In this document: piece by piece, positions 42,760-53,055 of the stretch
Layout of the letters: every line of letters begins with the position of its first letter
Position numbering within the stretch: position 1 is the stretch's first letter
Source: Schizochytrium sp. TIO01
Lineage: Eukaryota > Protista > Bigyra: Labyrinthulomycetes
Assembly: GCA_004764695.1 (NCBI GenBank)
Contig: SMSO01000007.1
Location: 1,929,270 to 1,993,269 of the forward strand
Direction: 5' to 3'
DNA length: 64,000 bases
Notes under the pieces: generated by a model
Database searches by the model: none
What the model saw: the letters and a program-made list of their open reading frames with translations, nothing else
Told to the model about the DNA's origin: nothing
Position numbers and translations under genes: made by a program

Positions 42760-45700
42760 ATGTCCACGTCGGAGGGTGCTGCCGCGCCAGAAGCCCTTCC
42801 GTCCTCTCCACCTCCCGGGCCTACTCCCTCCATCTCAGAAACCCCTTTTCCCAATACTAGCAGCGCCGACGGTGTTGATGGCGATGTCCGCATCAATGCC
42901 AACATTAGTAGCTTTTCAGAGCACCAGCCTGAAGATGCCAACGCGGCACATACTATTGAGTCCGCATCTATAACAAATGCTGCAGTGACTAATGAGCCCT
43001 CTGAAGCAGTCTTACATCCTACAGGTCTTCAAAACGGGTCTTCATTAGTACGAGACGATTCTGGCGATGTAGTCCAAGAAATTGAGGGCACCAAAACAGT
43101 TGCTGACCATCAAGCTGCACGTATTGCGGCGCAGGAGCAGAAGTCAAGCGTAAAGAAGATGTGGCAGGACTGGGCTGACTCAAACAACGACGTAGATGGT
43201 GTGCCAGCTGTTCAAGGCTCTTTTGAAAGTTTGGGACAAGGCCCACATTTGCAGCCTTCGGCTGGTGCCACACATGTTTCTGAGACCACTGAAAATGACA
43301 CTAGCAGAAGTGAGCTTGTGGAGGAGAAGATGGATGTGGACAAAAATGGAGAGGACTTGATTCCTCAAGAAAATGTGGAAAAGGTCAATGTGGAAAAGGT
43401 CAAAGCGGAGGCATATGAAAAGAGTTCTACTGAAGAACTCGCTATTCCACCGCCGAAAACACCCCGGAAGCTATTAAAGGAGGATTTAAAAGAATTTTCC
43501 GTCGTGGGCGGTGCTCTTCTTAAAAATAACGAATTGCAGCGTCATCTTGATGACCTTGCACGGGAAAGTAACTGGGTTTTCACACCACTCACATTGCTCC
43601 TTCGAAGGCTAGTCGAGCACAAGTCGAATCGCGGCGTCTTTAACTCACCCGTCGATCCTATTGCCTTGGAGATTCCAACATATTTTGATATTGTCAAGGA
43701 ACCCATGGATCTTGGCACAATTCGCAACAAACTTCAAAATCACGAGTACCCAGACTTGAAGTCCTTTGGGAAAGATGTGAAGCTTGTATTCAGCAATGCA
43801 ATGCTATTTAACCCTCCTCGGTACGCCGTGCACCAGGCAGCGAAAAAGCTTGACAAAGCCTTCCATGCAGATTTTGACAAACTTCTTGCGGAGCAGCAGG
43901 CCCAAGAGGATAGCGAAGAGAACCACTTTTGTCAAGTTTGTGAGGGAGATCTTTGCGGCCTCTGTGGTAGGGGCTGCTTGCATTTCCAGGAGGCTGTTCT
44001 GCGTTGTAGTGCCCCTTGCAAAGCTCGTATTACGCGCAACTCAATTTATTACCGCCTCGGGGGCGACCGGGGCCAGCATTGGTGCAGCCGTTGTTATGCA
44101 GGTCTACCAGAGCAATTTTTAGGAGTTCTGGGACAATCCATACAGAGGGGGGACCTCGAGAAGCGTGTGCACAACCAAATCTTTCGTGAGCGTTGGGTCA
44201 AATGTGGCCATTGCCATCGCCGTGTGCACCAAATTTGCTCACTTTTCCATCCTTCAATTGTCCGCAACACAAAAGTGTTTAAATGCGCAATATGTGTTGC
44301 AGGTGAGCGGGGACTGCTTGACCATGTGCGTCATCTCGAGATCACAGATCGTAAGGTTGAGGCCAAAAAGGCCAGAGCCGCTAACGACAAGAAACGACCT
44401 GCAGATGACATGGACGCGGAAGGGAAGGCTGAAGGGACTTCTCCTAATGCTAAACGTAGCCGCACCGGCAGTGAGAGTGCCATGAATGGTAACCAAGAGC
44501 AGCAAGGTAATGATCAATCAGGTGGCCCTACTGAATTGAGCTCTATTACAAATGAGAGCTCATCAAATGGAATTGAGCAGCAACCTGCGGTGAAAGAAGA
44601 ACACAATGGTACAAAGGTTGAGACCGCGCCTAGCGAGAATGCTCAAGAGGAAGAAGGCAAAGCTAAATCTGATGTGGAAACCGTGGAGGGTGTTCTTCGC
44701 GATGCAAACCCTTGGGCAGACTCTTTGCCCCACACTGCGATGAGTGCGTACTTGGAACGGACTGTTCGTGAGGCAGCTTGCAAGGTTTCATCACAAGAAA
44801 TTGCAGATACAATTTCACTGCGGGTTTCATCTAGCCGTTCGTTCGTGACCGAGTATGAAGCTCGGGCCCTTCGTTGGATTGAAGCACAGCGGAAGTCTTG
44901 CAGTCCAGCATATGATCAAGAAGACTTCCCACGGCAATTTCCGTGCCGGTCTAAGACCGTTCTTTTATTCCAGCGTATCGACGGTGTGGATGTTTTGTGC
45001 TTTGTTCTGTATGTCCAAGAGTATGGCGCAGACTGTCCAGCACCCAACCGCCGCTGCATCTATGTTTCTTACCTGGACTCAGTGGCCTATATCGAGCCCC
45101 CATCAGTGCGTACGGTTTGTTATCAGCAAGTTATGGTGAGCTATCTGCGCTGGTGTAAGGCCCGAGGTTTTGAAACATGCTACATTTGGGCATGTCCTCC
45201 ACAGCGTGGTGACGCTTACATTTTGTATTGCCATCCTAAGTGGCAGCGGTCACCGGGCATTGAGCGCCTTCGAAAGTGGTACAATCAAATTGTGCAAGCT
45301 TGTAAAGATGAGGGCGTAGTCCTTGACGAGACTAATTATTATGACAAACATTTGTCTCAGTTTAAGCCTTTGCTTAACACCCGTTCGTCGAGGGGGCGTG
45401 GTGGCGGAAGAAACAAGAATTTATCTTCAGATATCTTAGATTCTGATGCTGCTTTGTCCCCTACAGCAGCGCTGGCTGAGGCCTTTCGAATCTCCAAGAT
45501 CAAGACACCGGTTGAGTCAGTCCCATACTTTTATGGTGACTATCTGCCAAATGAAATTGAGTCATTGCTTAATATCCTGCGTAACCCTCGGTCAGGTCCC
45601 GACGTTCGTTTGACCTCATCTTGTGACGAGCAAATTGCTGTTTGGTGGCGCGAGGTATGGGGTGATCATACAGATGCAACCTTGCTCCATGATCCCCGTG

Positions 45701-46350
45701 CACCCCCGTCACCTCAAAGTGCCCCCACAGCATCAGCTTCCGCTACTACGGCGCCTCCTATAACACCTACAAAGAATGGAGGTCCAGAAGCCTCCAATGG
45801 TTCTACTGTTCCTGCGAAAGGTAGTACCGTTAGTTCAGCAGGCGTTCTGACGCCACAACCGAGCATGGCTTCCGAGGGGAAGAGTGGAACCCTTGAAGCT
45901 ATTCGTTCTCCTACATGGAAGGTCAAGCCAACCGCAGATTTGTCTCATGCAGATTTGTCAAAGGGCTTTGCTTCCCCTCAGCAACGTAACGACTGGCTTA
46001 TGCGCCGCCTTGCCGCGGCGATCAAACCCATGTCTGACAACTTTTTGGTGCTTGCTTTGAATGACCCTGGTGCTCTGGACATAGAAGCACCACAAGTCAC
46101 CAATCTTGGTGGAGTAGTTATTACCAATGATACGGTCGACCCTGATCCTGAGTTGCCTCCTAGTATCTTTGATACAAGAATGGAATTCTTGGACATTTGC
46201 AAACACAATAACATCCAATTTGATGAGCTGCGGCGCGCCAAGCATTCCTCGCTTGTGCTCATGCACTACCACAAAAAGGCTATGCAACAAGGCCTTCAGG
46301 CAGTGACACCCGCAACGCACATACTTTGGTCCAGTCTCACAGCCCACTAA
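42760..46350 (+). CDS. p300/CBP-like histone acetyltransferase (bromodomain, RING/PHD, KAT11 HAT)
   Basis: Bromodomain FNSPVDPIALEIPTYFDIVKEPMDLGTI..NAMLFNP. PHD WVKCGHCHRRVHQIC. HAT LFQRIDGVDV..YVQEYG, YVSYLDSV, YIWACPP..GD.YI.YCHP, RLRKWY, PYFYGDY and QFDELRRAKHSS. Confidence 0.95.
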   Translation: MSTSEGAAAPEALPSSPPPGPTPSISETPFPNTSSADGVDGDVRINANISSFSEHQPEDANAAHTIESASITNAAVTNEPSEAVLHPTGLQNGSSLVRDDSGDVVQEIEGTKTVADHQAARIAAQEQKSSVKKMWQDWADSNNDVDGVPAVQGSFESLGQGPHLQPSAGATHVSETTENDTSRSELVEEKMDVDKNGEDLIPQENVEKVNVEKVKAEAYEKSSTEELAIPPPKTPRKLLKEDLKEFSVVGGALLKNNELQRHLDDLARESNWVFTPLTLLLRRLVEHKSNRGVFNSPVDPIALEIPTYFDIVKEPMDLGTIRNKLQNHEYPDLKSFGKDVKLVFSNAMLFNPPRYAVHQAAKKLDKAFHADFDKLLAEQQAQEDSEENHFCQVCEGDLCGLCGRGCLHFQEAVLRCSAPCKARITRNSIYYRLGGDRGQHWCSRCYAGLPEQFLGVLGQSIQRGDLEKRVHNQIFRERWVKCGHCHRRVHQICSLFHPSIVRNTKVFKCAICVAGERGLLDHVRHLEITDRKVEAKKARAANDKKRPADDMDAEGKAEGTSPNAKRSRTGSESAMNGNQEQQGNDQSGGPTELSSITNESSSNGIEQQPAVKEEHNGTKVETAPSENAQEEEGKAKSDVETVEGVLRDANPWADSLPHTAMSAYLERTVREAACKVSSQEIADTISLRVSSSRSFVTEYEARALRWIEAQRKSCSPAYDQEDFPRQFPCRSKTVLLFQRIDGVDVLCFVLYVQEYGADCPAPNRRCIYVSYLDSVAYIEPPSVRTVCYQQVMVSYLRWCKARGFETCYIWACPPQRGDAYILYCHPKWQRSPGIERLRKWYNQIVQACKDEGVVLDETNYYDKHLSQFKPLLNTRSSRGRGGGRNKNLSSDILDSDAALSPTAALAEAFRISKIKTPVESVPYFYGDYLPNEIESLLNILRNPRSGPDVRLTSSCDEQIAVWWREVWGDHTDATLLHDPRAPPSPQSAPTASASATTAPPITPTKNGGPEASNGSTVPAKGSTVSSAGVLTPQPSMASEGKSGTLEAIRSPTWKVKPTADLSHADLSKGFASPQQRNDWLMRRLAAAIKPMSDNFLVLALNDPGALDIEAPQVTNLGGVVITNDTVDPDPELPPSIFDTRMEFLDICKHNNIQFDELRRAKHSSLVLMHYHKKAMQQGLQAVTPATHILWSSLTAH

Positions 46351-47619
46351 CTATCACCATTTACAACCTAAAAAAAACACACACAAAAAAACAATTAAAA
46401 AAAAAAAAACATATTTACAGTGCTACATCCAACATGCTAAGAATATTATTTGAATCATTTCTTTTGCCCTTGCCTCCTCCCTCGAGATAGTATCAAGAAT
46501 AAAAACTCTAGAGAATGTGGAGTATTTCCTCGGCAGGTCCCCACGTCACGGTTATTTCGTTTCTCTCTACACTGCCAATATTTTATTTTAATTAACAATA
46601 AAACATGAAGAAAGAAATCATTTATGATCTTGCTTCTCCAAATTTTAATCGAGCTGCGAACTGCAACACCTACCTGCTACCTTTTATATTCCCACGAAGC
46701 TAGCTGCTTGACGATGATTCAGGCGAGGAAGCCATCTTTCGAGGCCACTTCCTCCTTCAATCCTGCAATATATTACATATGTTAGGTAGGTACGCACGTA
46801 CCAGTCTCTTCCCACCCATACATACACTCATATGTCCACACACGCACGCAGTAGGCGTACCAGTATGCATGCATACCTAGCTAGGTAGGCGCTACTGAGT
46901 TCTGTTCTCTTGTTTGTCGCACTATTCGTCAGTCCTGGGTTTCCGTAGAGAAGCAGTTCTCGCCAAGCTCCTGCATCCTGGCCAGGGTTAACGCTCAAAC
47001 GAGGGAGGGAGGACACCGGTGCACGCATGGGGAGACTGTGTGCCTGGCCTGCTGGTGTGCTCTGCAGCTCAACTTGCGCGAGAAGACGCCAAGCTTCTCG
47101 AGTTCGGTGCCCTCCACACGAAGAACTCCTTGAAGAACGAACTCGCCCCACTCACTTGGAACTCCATGCATGAAACCCCCACCTCTGTTGTGCAAAAAAC
47201 AACGCCTCAGCGGTTTCCGGCGCCTTGGGCCACTTCATAGCTGTCGTGCCGGGCCTGGTCGCTGCGTCGAGCTTGAAGGTGGGTGGACCTCGGTTCTCCG
47301 GAGCTGGATGGAGCTGTATTTGGAGAACTCAGCGAAGACTGTGTTGTCTGCTTCGTTCACAGGAGAAAAGTGAACAAACACAATGTAAAGTAACCAACCT
47401 ACTATTGAGAAGAGAAACCATGCAAACCAATTGGGATCACCCACTCACCGCAATACACCAGCCTGGCGATCTTGCAAAAGGCCTGCGGAAACGAAGCGTC
47501 TGTGTCGTGGGCAGAGGCGTGCTGGGCACGAGATCTCTTCGATCTGCTGCTGCACCCTTCGCAGCTGTTTCGTTCCTCTGCTTTCTCATTCATTCACTAA
47601 TCATTGCGCAATATAGATA

Positions 47620-47620
47620 A

Positions 47621-47687
<67 letters not shown>
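47620..47687. repeat. (TAAA)n microsatellite
   Basis: About 17 copies. Confidence 0.92.
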
Positions 47688-48675
47688 AGAGAGAGAGATA
47701 TGGAAGGTTAGCGTAGGTAATATATAACAGAAAATGTTCTTCAGCCCAGATCGGTTTTTGATGCCCAGAGCGTATCGGCGCAGGAGAATCGCTGCATTGC
47801 GTGAGACAGAAACAGAAACAGAAACAGAAACTGCGGCCTACGACTACTTTGGAAACGAGTTGGCCCTGAGAAGGTAGGCATTTGACCTGGAGCAAGACCT
47901 CGCTCTGGAGGTGGGTGGGCGGGTCTCCAGCACTGGCGCAAGTGAGGCTTTAGCGTTCATTGGCACAAGTGGGTTATACTGGAAATACTCTACTTTATAC
48001 GCTGTTAAACGCACTTGTGGTCTCCACTTCGAAGTTACTTTAAAGCGCGATAAGTCGCTTGAGAAGCGCAGGCAGTGCGTTGTTCTTCTGGGCGAAGTGT
48101 AGCGAAGCTGCAACAGACCCGACCTGGAGGCATTGACGCTCCGCCAAGGCCTTCTCGCTCGCGAGTAGAAGCCGCCTTGTGCGCGAGGAGTCTCTGACGG
48201 TCATCGGGGCGGTGTCTGTGTGCTGCAACGGCCCTGGGAGTTTTCTTGGAGCAGGTTTCTTGCCTCGCATATTTCCTTTGACTATATTTCAATTTACTGT
48301 TCTTGCGCCAGCCCCGCGCTTGGCAAAGTTGCCAGGAAACCGGCAACAACTTGAGTATTTTGCGTTTAAGAGGCCATAGATCACTCGAGGCAAACAGAAT
48401 TGGACAGATACCTCTGCAAGATAGTCTTTGCGTGTACTAAATTGAGGTGGCACGGTGAAAAGGCCTTGTGCGGAATCCTGGAGAATTTTACGCAAAGCTA
48501 CGGCAATTTAAGGGTGAAAGGACCGGCTTGTAAAGCGTGAACGATAGTACAATAGATCAATTTGAAAAGCGGCAAGATCCTTTTAGTACCAGAAGTTATC
48601 ATTCAATTCATTGGAGTAGAGGCAAAACGAAGAACACGTAGAGGAACAACGTGCTGAAGAATAAAGTCATAGAAA

Positions 48676-50202
48676 ATGCTTAATCTTTCGACACTAATTG
48701 GTGCCTGTATTGAGGTGTTTGGCGCAGACCTCTTCACAGTTGTTGGCCTGGCCATGCAAAAGGTAGCGGTGATGAAATTGATTGAGAATAATCGAATGCA
48801 ATCTGCTGTAGGCCCTATACGCAGTAACGGCGAAGAAACAGACGATGATCGTGGCGGCTATGTGTCCTTGTCAGAGACCGAAACTGAGACAGATAGCGAA
48901 GCCATGACAGTATTCACAGAACGTTCAATGCGTGATGCAAATGCTATTAATGACACACAGGTTCCCGAAACTTGCGAGCTCTTACAAAACTGTGGTTGGC
49001 TGCTTGGTCTGATTGTATTTATTCTGGGTAACGCTATGGAACTCTTTGCCATGTCTTTGACATCTCAAAGCAATGTGGCTCTATTGAGTAACTTCACGCT
49101 TGTGTGGAATGCTCTCGTATCTGTAGTAGTGTTTAAGGAGAGCTTTCACATGCTACCGCCTCAAAAGTCGTGCTCCTACGATGCTGTCATTCGACGCTGG
49201 GATGCGATGCACTGTACTATTCTTATTGTAGGATCCTGTATTGCAGTAGCTTTCACACCTGCAACGGCCGAAACAGATTCGAAAGAGCTTTTGCACCTCT
49301 GGGCAGAGCCACCATACTGTTACTGGGGTGGCTTTATGCTAGTGAGTATGTTTTTAACCTCTTTGTTCCTCGTCAAGAATTGGCGCAACCACCGAACTGG
49401 CAATCTTAACGCTGCTCTGATTGCTGGACTTTGTGGTTTTGTGTCAGCTTTTTGTGCTACGTTGTCAAAGCTCGCGACAACATTAATTTCGAAAACCATT
49501 CAAGGGCACAATCAATTTGACTCTCCTGAAGCTACATTTTTATGTGTCTTGTGGGTCTGCATGCTCGTGAGTCAATTGGCTTTATTGAACGTTGGTCTTG
49601 GTGCATTTGAGCAAGGCTTGGTGGTCCCAATTTACGAGATTGTCGGCACTCTCGCAACAATCATTTCGGGCGTTCTCTTCTATCAGACGTACAAACAATT
49701 CACTTCTCCAGAATGGGGCGGATTCTTAAGTGGGATATTTCTCATGAGCTGGGGCGTTTACCTAGTTGCACATCGCGAGGTGCATACGCAACAAGAGCTA
49801 AGTGACTTTTTGCACGCCAACCTATCACACATGGACGACCTTTTACATCTAGGTCGTTTTGAACGCCGCACCCACTCTGCAGAACTTGACTTGGAATCTG
49901 AGTCTCGTGCTATGGAGGACGAAGAGCGGTCCCTCTTGCACTCGTTTCGTCGCCAAGCCTTCTCTGAGGTCTCCGACCCTCGGGACTTTCGTGCCGGCTA
50001 TTCCCATAAGACATTACAACGCCTTCGTGAGGACGGAATTCCTACTCCCCCCGGTACGCCTGGCCGTTCTCCAGGATCAACAAATGGTGCGAGTGCTGCA
50101 ACAGCTACCACATCTGACGGCATTGCTGCGATTCTAGAGCGCTCCCGTGCGTCAACACCACGTGGTCAAAGCAGTGGATCAACGCTTCGGGGTGGCTGGT
50201 AA
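48676..50202 (+). CDS. NIPA-family (DMT superfamily) magnesium transporter-like protein
   Basis: WLLGLIVFILGNAMELFAMSL..VALLSNFTLVWNAL, SQLALLNVGL..FEQGLVVPIYEI..GVLFYQ; about 9 TM helices. Confidence 0.85.
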   Translation: MLNLSTLIGACIEVFGADLFTVVGLAMQKVAVMKLIENNRMQSAVGPIRSNGEETDDDRGGYVSLSETETETDSEAMTVFTERSMRDANAINDTQVPETCELLQNCGWLLGLIVFILGNAMELFAMSLTSQSNVALLSNFTLVWNALVSVVVFKESFHMLPPQKSCSYDAVIRRWDAMHCTILIVGSCIAVAFTPATAETDSKELLHLWAEPPYCYWGGFMLVSMFLTSLFLVKNWRNHRTGNLNAALIAGLCGFVSAFCATLSKLATTLISKTIQGHNQFDSPEATFLCVLWVCMLVSQLALLNVGLGAFEQGLVVPIYEIVGTLATIISGVLFYQTYKQFTSPEWGGFLSGIFLMSWGVYLVAHREVHTQQELSDFLHANLSHMDDLLHLGRFERRTHSAELDLESESRAMEDEERSLLHSFRRQAFSEVSDPRDFRAGYSHKTLQRLREDGIPTPPGTPGRSPGSTNGASAATATTSDGIAAILERSRASTPRGQSSGSTLRGGW

Positions 50203-51009
50203 GAAAGCTTTCTTGTTTAATTTTCATTATTTCCTTCGCTGTCTTCCAGCATACGCAATGCGATGAGGCAAAGGCTCTATTCCTTCTTGTGCCGACCAGA
50301 AACGGATAATGTCGTTGTTACAGACCATTTCATGATGGGTAAAGACTCCCGTGTTGCAAGCGCAAAGATGGAGCACCGTCAGAAATTGTGCCACTCACTC
50401 TGACTTGGCAAGTTTTGGCAAGTCATGTAGAATAAATGGCCTCTCTATACTTGGATCAGTTTCTGTTGTACCTAGAATAGAAAAGAGAGTCTCAGTGACC
50501 TTTACTCTCATACTGTTTTCAAACCCTTTTCTTCTCCTTCAAGTAACTCTCACCTACTTTTGATCTTCCAATTCCTACATTAAGATCACGTAGTATGAAA
50601 ACGATCCAAGTGAAAGACCGAGAATACTCATTATCCGCATCAAGAACAAAACAAAAAATACACTTATTTACCAATTCATCATTTTATTTGCATTCTATCG
50701 CTCTATTGAGCAAACTCTGTATACACTTTCTTTGTGCATCATGAAAGCTAGCCTCTACAAATCCGCAAGATGCAAAATAGTCGAAGGAGTTGCTTAGCAT
50801 ATTTAGAAGCGCAAACAAATTCCTTTCAGATATATTAGATTACTCAAGCTTTTTTTTGTTTGAATGCTCTCAACGAATGTTTGTCTATGAAGAGGTATAA
50901 ACATTGAGTTTTTGCAAGCTTCAGAGATGATTGTGAGACATGCAAACATGGAGAGAAAACAAAACTACATATCAATTTAAAGAGAATAAATCAATCAGGA
51001 AGGAGATTT

Positions 51010-53055
51010 CTAGTCATACATGTCATCGGCTTCATAGGCACTGACCAGGTCCGGTGCATTAAGGTCCACAATCTCCTCAACATCAGAGAGTGTAAGATGG
51101 GAATATGGTGGTATAGAATACGCCAAAAGCTTGATGCGGACATTTGTAGAAAGTTCGCTTTGGCATAGCCTGAAGGCTCGTTCCTCAGATTCCCGGCCAC
51201 CTGTGAGTGTGTGAAATGTATTGCGTAAATTGCCAGGACCCCAACTTAAAGATGTAGTGTTTTGGAAGTATTGGAGTGAGAGACGCATAACATCTACAAT
51301 ACTACGTTTGGGTTCAGCAAGATTAGCTTTGGGGATGCATACACCAACACTTGACAAGGTCTCCTGAAGACCTTCCCGATCCTGACAGATATCCTCGTAG
51401 CTAATTACGGCATTGATGTCAAGTGATTTACGTTCCAGATAAAGTTGATTAATCGCTTTGAGCTTAGACTCTGGTGTGCCACAAAGTAATCCATCGGACT
51501 CATCTTGATCATCCTCATCAAGAAATGAACAGTTGGCTGCCTGTTTGCTATTGGGAATGCGGTTCGCGAATTTGCTACCAATATGGTTCGCCAGATGGAG
51601 GTACATATCAATTGGGTCTCTGACAAAGAGAAGCACAACATCCGGTTTGAAGGTGCTGCGCACGTGCTGAAGCCACTGAGTAGGGTTTTCTGATTGGATG
51701 CCTTTGATTGACTGGCGCAAAACTATAGTACTAACAGATGGGTAGGATGCCTCTGCGTCAGAATAGAATGACTCACTTGGAAGATCTATTTGCATGTCAA
51801 GATCAAGAATGGCTAAAGTCTTATCCTGTTGCGCAAGTAAATAAGGAAGCAAAGTGCAGCCACTTGCTTGTAAGCACGCTACAAACACCCGCAATGGACG
51901 TTTTTGATTACCCAAAATAGCATCTCTGGCAGGGCATGCTAGACTATCGGATGCATCTGTGTTTTTGGTGGGTTGGTTTGATGCATTAGAATCAGATTTT
52001 GGGGTTTGTTCTGAGAGTTCGGTATTTTCAGGGGTATTCCCACTAGTCTTTTCTGACGGTGCATCTATTTTTCCGGGAGTACTGTTTGCAGGTTTGGTGG
52101 CATTAGTTTTGGCCACAGTAGAGTTCCCTGGAGATCCAGATACTTCCCCTGTAGGCATTGATTCGTGCACGTCTCCACCATCTAGCCTACCGGCGATGCA
52201 CATATCGCTTTCATAAGCAGCGTCTTCTTCCAAACGATGGTGCAAGAGGCAAGTTGCCAGGTGCTGGCTGGATTGTAAGCACGGTTGCGTATCTTCCTGG
52301 TCTACGCACTTTGACGATTTGAACATGGTCCAGCCAATACACGAAAGACTGATCTGGGACTTTGGGTTTTGCAAGTTGATATTTTTGCAGGCTGAAAAAC
52401 AATCCAGATGGGGATCATGGCTGCTGCTCGTGATGCGTCGAACAACATGTTTAAAATAGCACGTGTTGGTGCGCTCTTTGAAAGTCTGGTTGCCATAGGT
52501 TGCTGTTGTCCATGCACCTTTACTAAGAACAGGTCTCGTTTCTTGAAGATAAGGAAGATTGGTCTTTGCGATAGGGTACGCACTACTATCATGTGAGCCC
52601 TTAGTTGTGGCAGACACCTCCGATTCAGAGGAGTCGCCCGTGAGGAACGACAGCATTTCATTCGTGGTAGAAAGAAGAATATCCCGAGACTCTGGGATTG
52701 AGATTGTCACAATCACAAAGGTAAGCACTAACATCCAGAAGAATGCTTTTGATTTGGTGCACCCTGGAGATGAGTTCTCTTCCTCATTTCCTGCATCGCT
52801 CATATCTCCCTCGTCAAGGTCCTCCTTTCCATGGTTTGAGATGAGCTTTGCATTCTCGCGGAAATCATCCTCACTATCTTCATAGAACTCACTTCCCTCA
52901 TCATCTGAGTCTAAATGCTGGTTGGGCTCTCGGCTAGGGGCAGATGTGGAAACTGTAGACTTGGCAGCTCTGTTAATGCTTAGCGCCACGTTTTCTTGAG
53001 GGTTTAGGACTCCATTGACATTCTTCTCAACGTCATCATCTCTGTCAAGAGACAT
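51010..53055 (-). CDS. Type II membrane protein with Cys-rich domain and C-terminal sulfotransferase-like P-loop fold (681 aa)
   Basis: Acidic N-tail, single TM (AFFWMLVLTFVIVTISI), Cys-rich PAN/apple-like segment and S/T/N stalk. Then VFVACLQASGCTLL...LLFVRDPID...ISYEDI, the layout of the sulfotransferase 5'-PSB, 3'-PB and YED motifs. Confidence 0.7.
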   Translation of the reverse strand: MSLDRDDDVEKNVNGVLNPQENVALSINRAAKSTVSTSAPSREPNQHLDSDDEGSEFYEDSEDDFRENAKLISNHGKEDLDEGDMSDAGNEEENSSPGCTKSKAFFWMLVLTFVIVTISIPESRDILLSTTNEMLSFLTGDSSESEVSATTKGSHDSSAYPIAKTNLPYLQETRPVLSKGAWTTATYGNQTFKERTNTCYFKHVVRRITSSSHDPHLDCFSACKNINLQNPKSQISLSCIGWTMFKSSKCVDQEDTQPCLQSSQHLATCLLHHRLEEDAAYESDMCIAGRLDGGDVHESMPTGEVSGSPGNSTVAKTNATKPANSTPGKIDAPSEKTSGNTPENTELSEQTPKSDSNASNQPTKNTDASDSLACPARDAILGNQKRPLRVFVACLQASGCTLLPYLLAQQDKTLAILDLDMQIDLPSESFYSDAEASYPSVSTIVLRQSIKGIQSENPTQWLQHVRSTFKPDVVLLFVRDPIDMYLHLANHIGSKFANRIPNSKQAANCSFLDEDDQDESDGLLCGTPESKLKAINQLYLERKSLDINAVISYEDICQDREGLQETLSSVGVCIPKANLAEPKRSIVDVMRLSLQYFQNTTSLSWGPGNLRNTFHTLTGGRESEERAFRLCQSELSTNVRIKLLAYSIPPYSHLTLSDVEEIVDLNAPDLVSAYEADDMYD

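Noticed and set aside
46995-47370. GC-rich minus-strand fragment resembling the EF1B-gamma C-terminus (KEFFVW-EG after a frameshift)
   Set aside because: Needs several frameshifts and the motif spacing is wrong; it may be a relic but cannot be assigned
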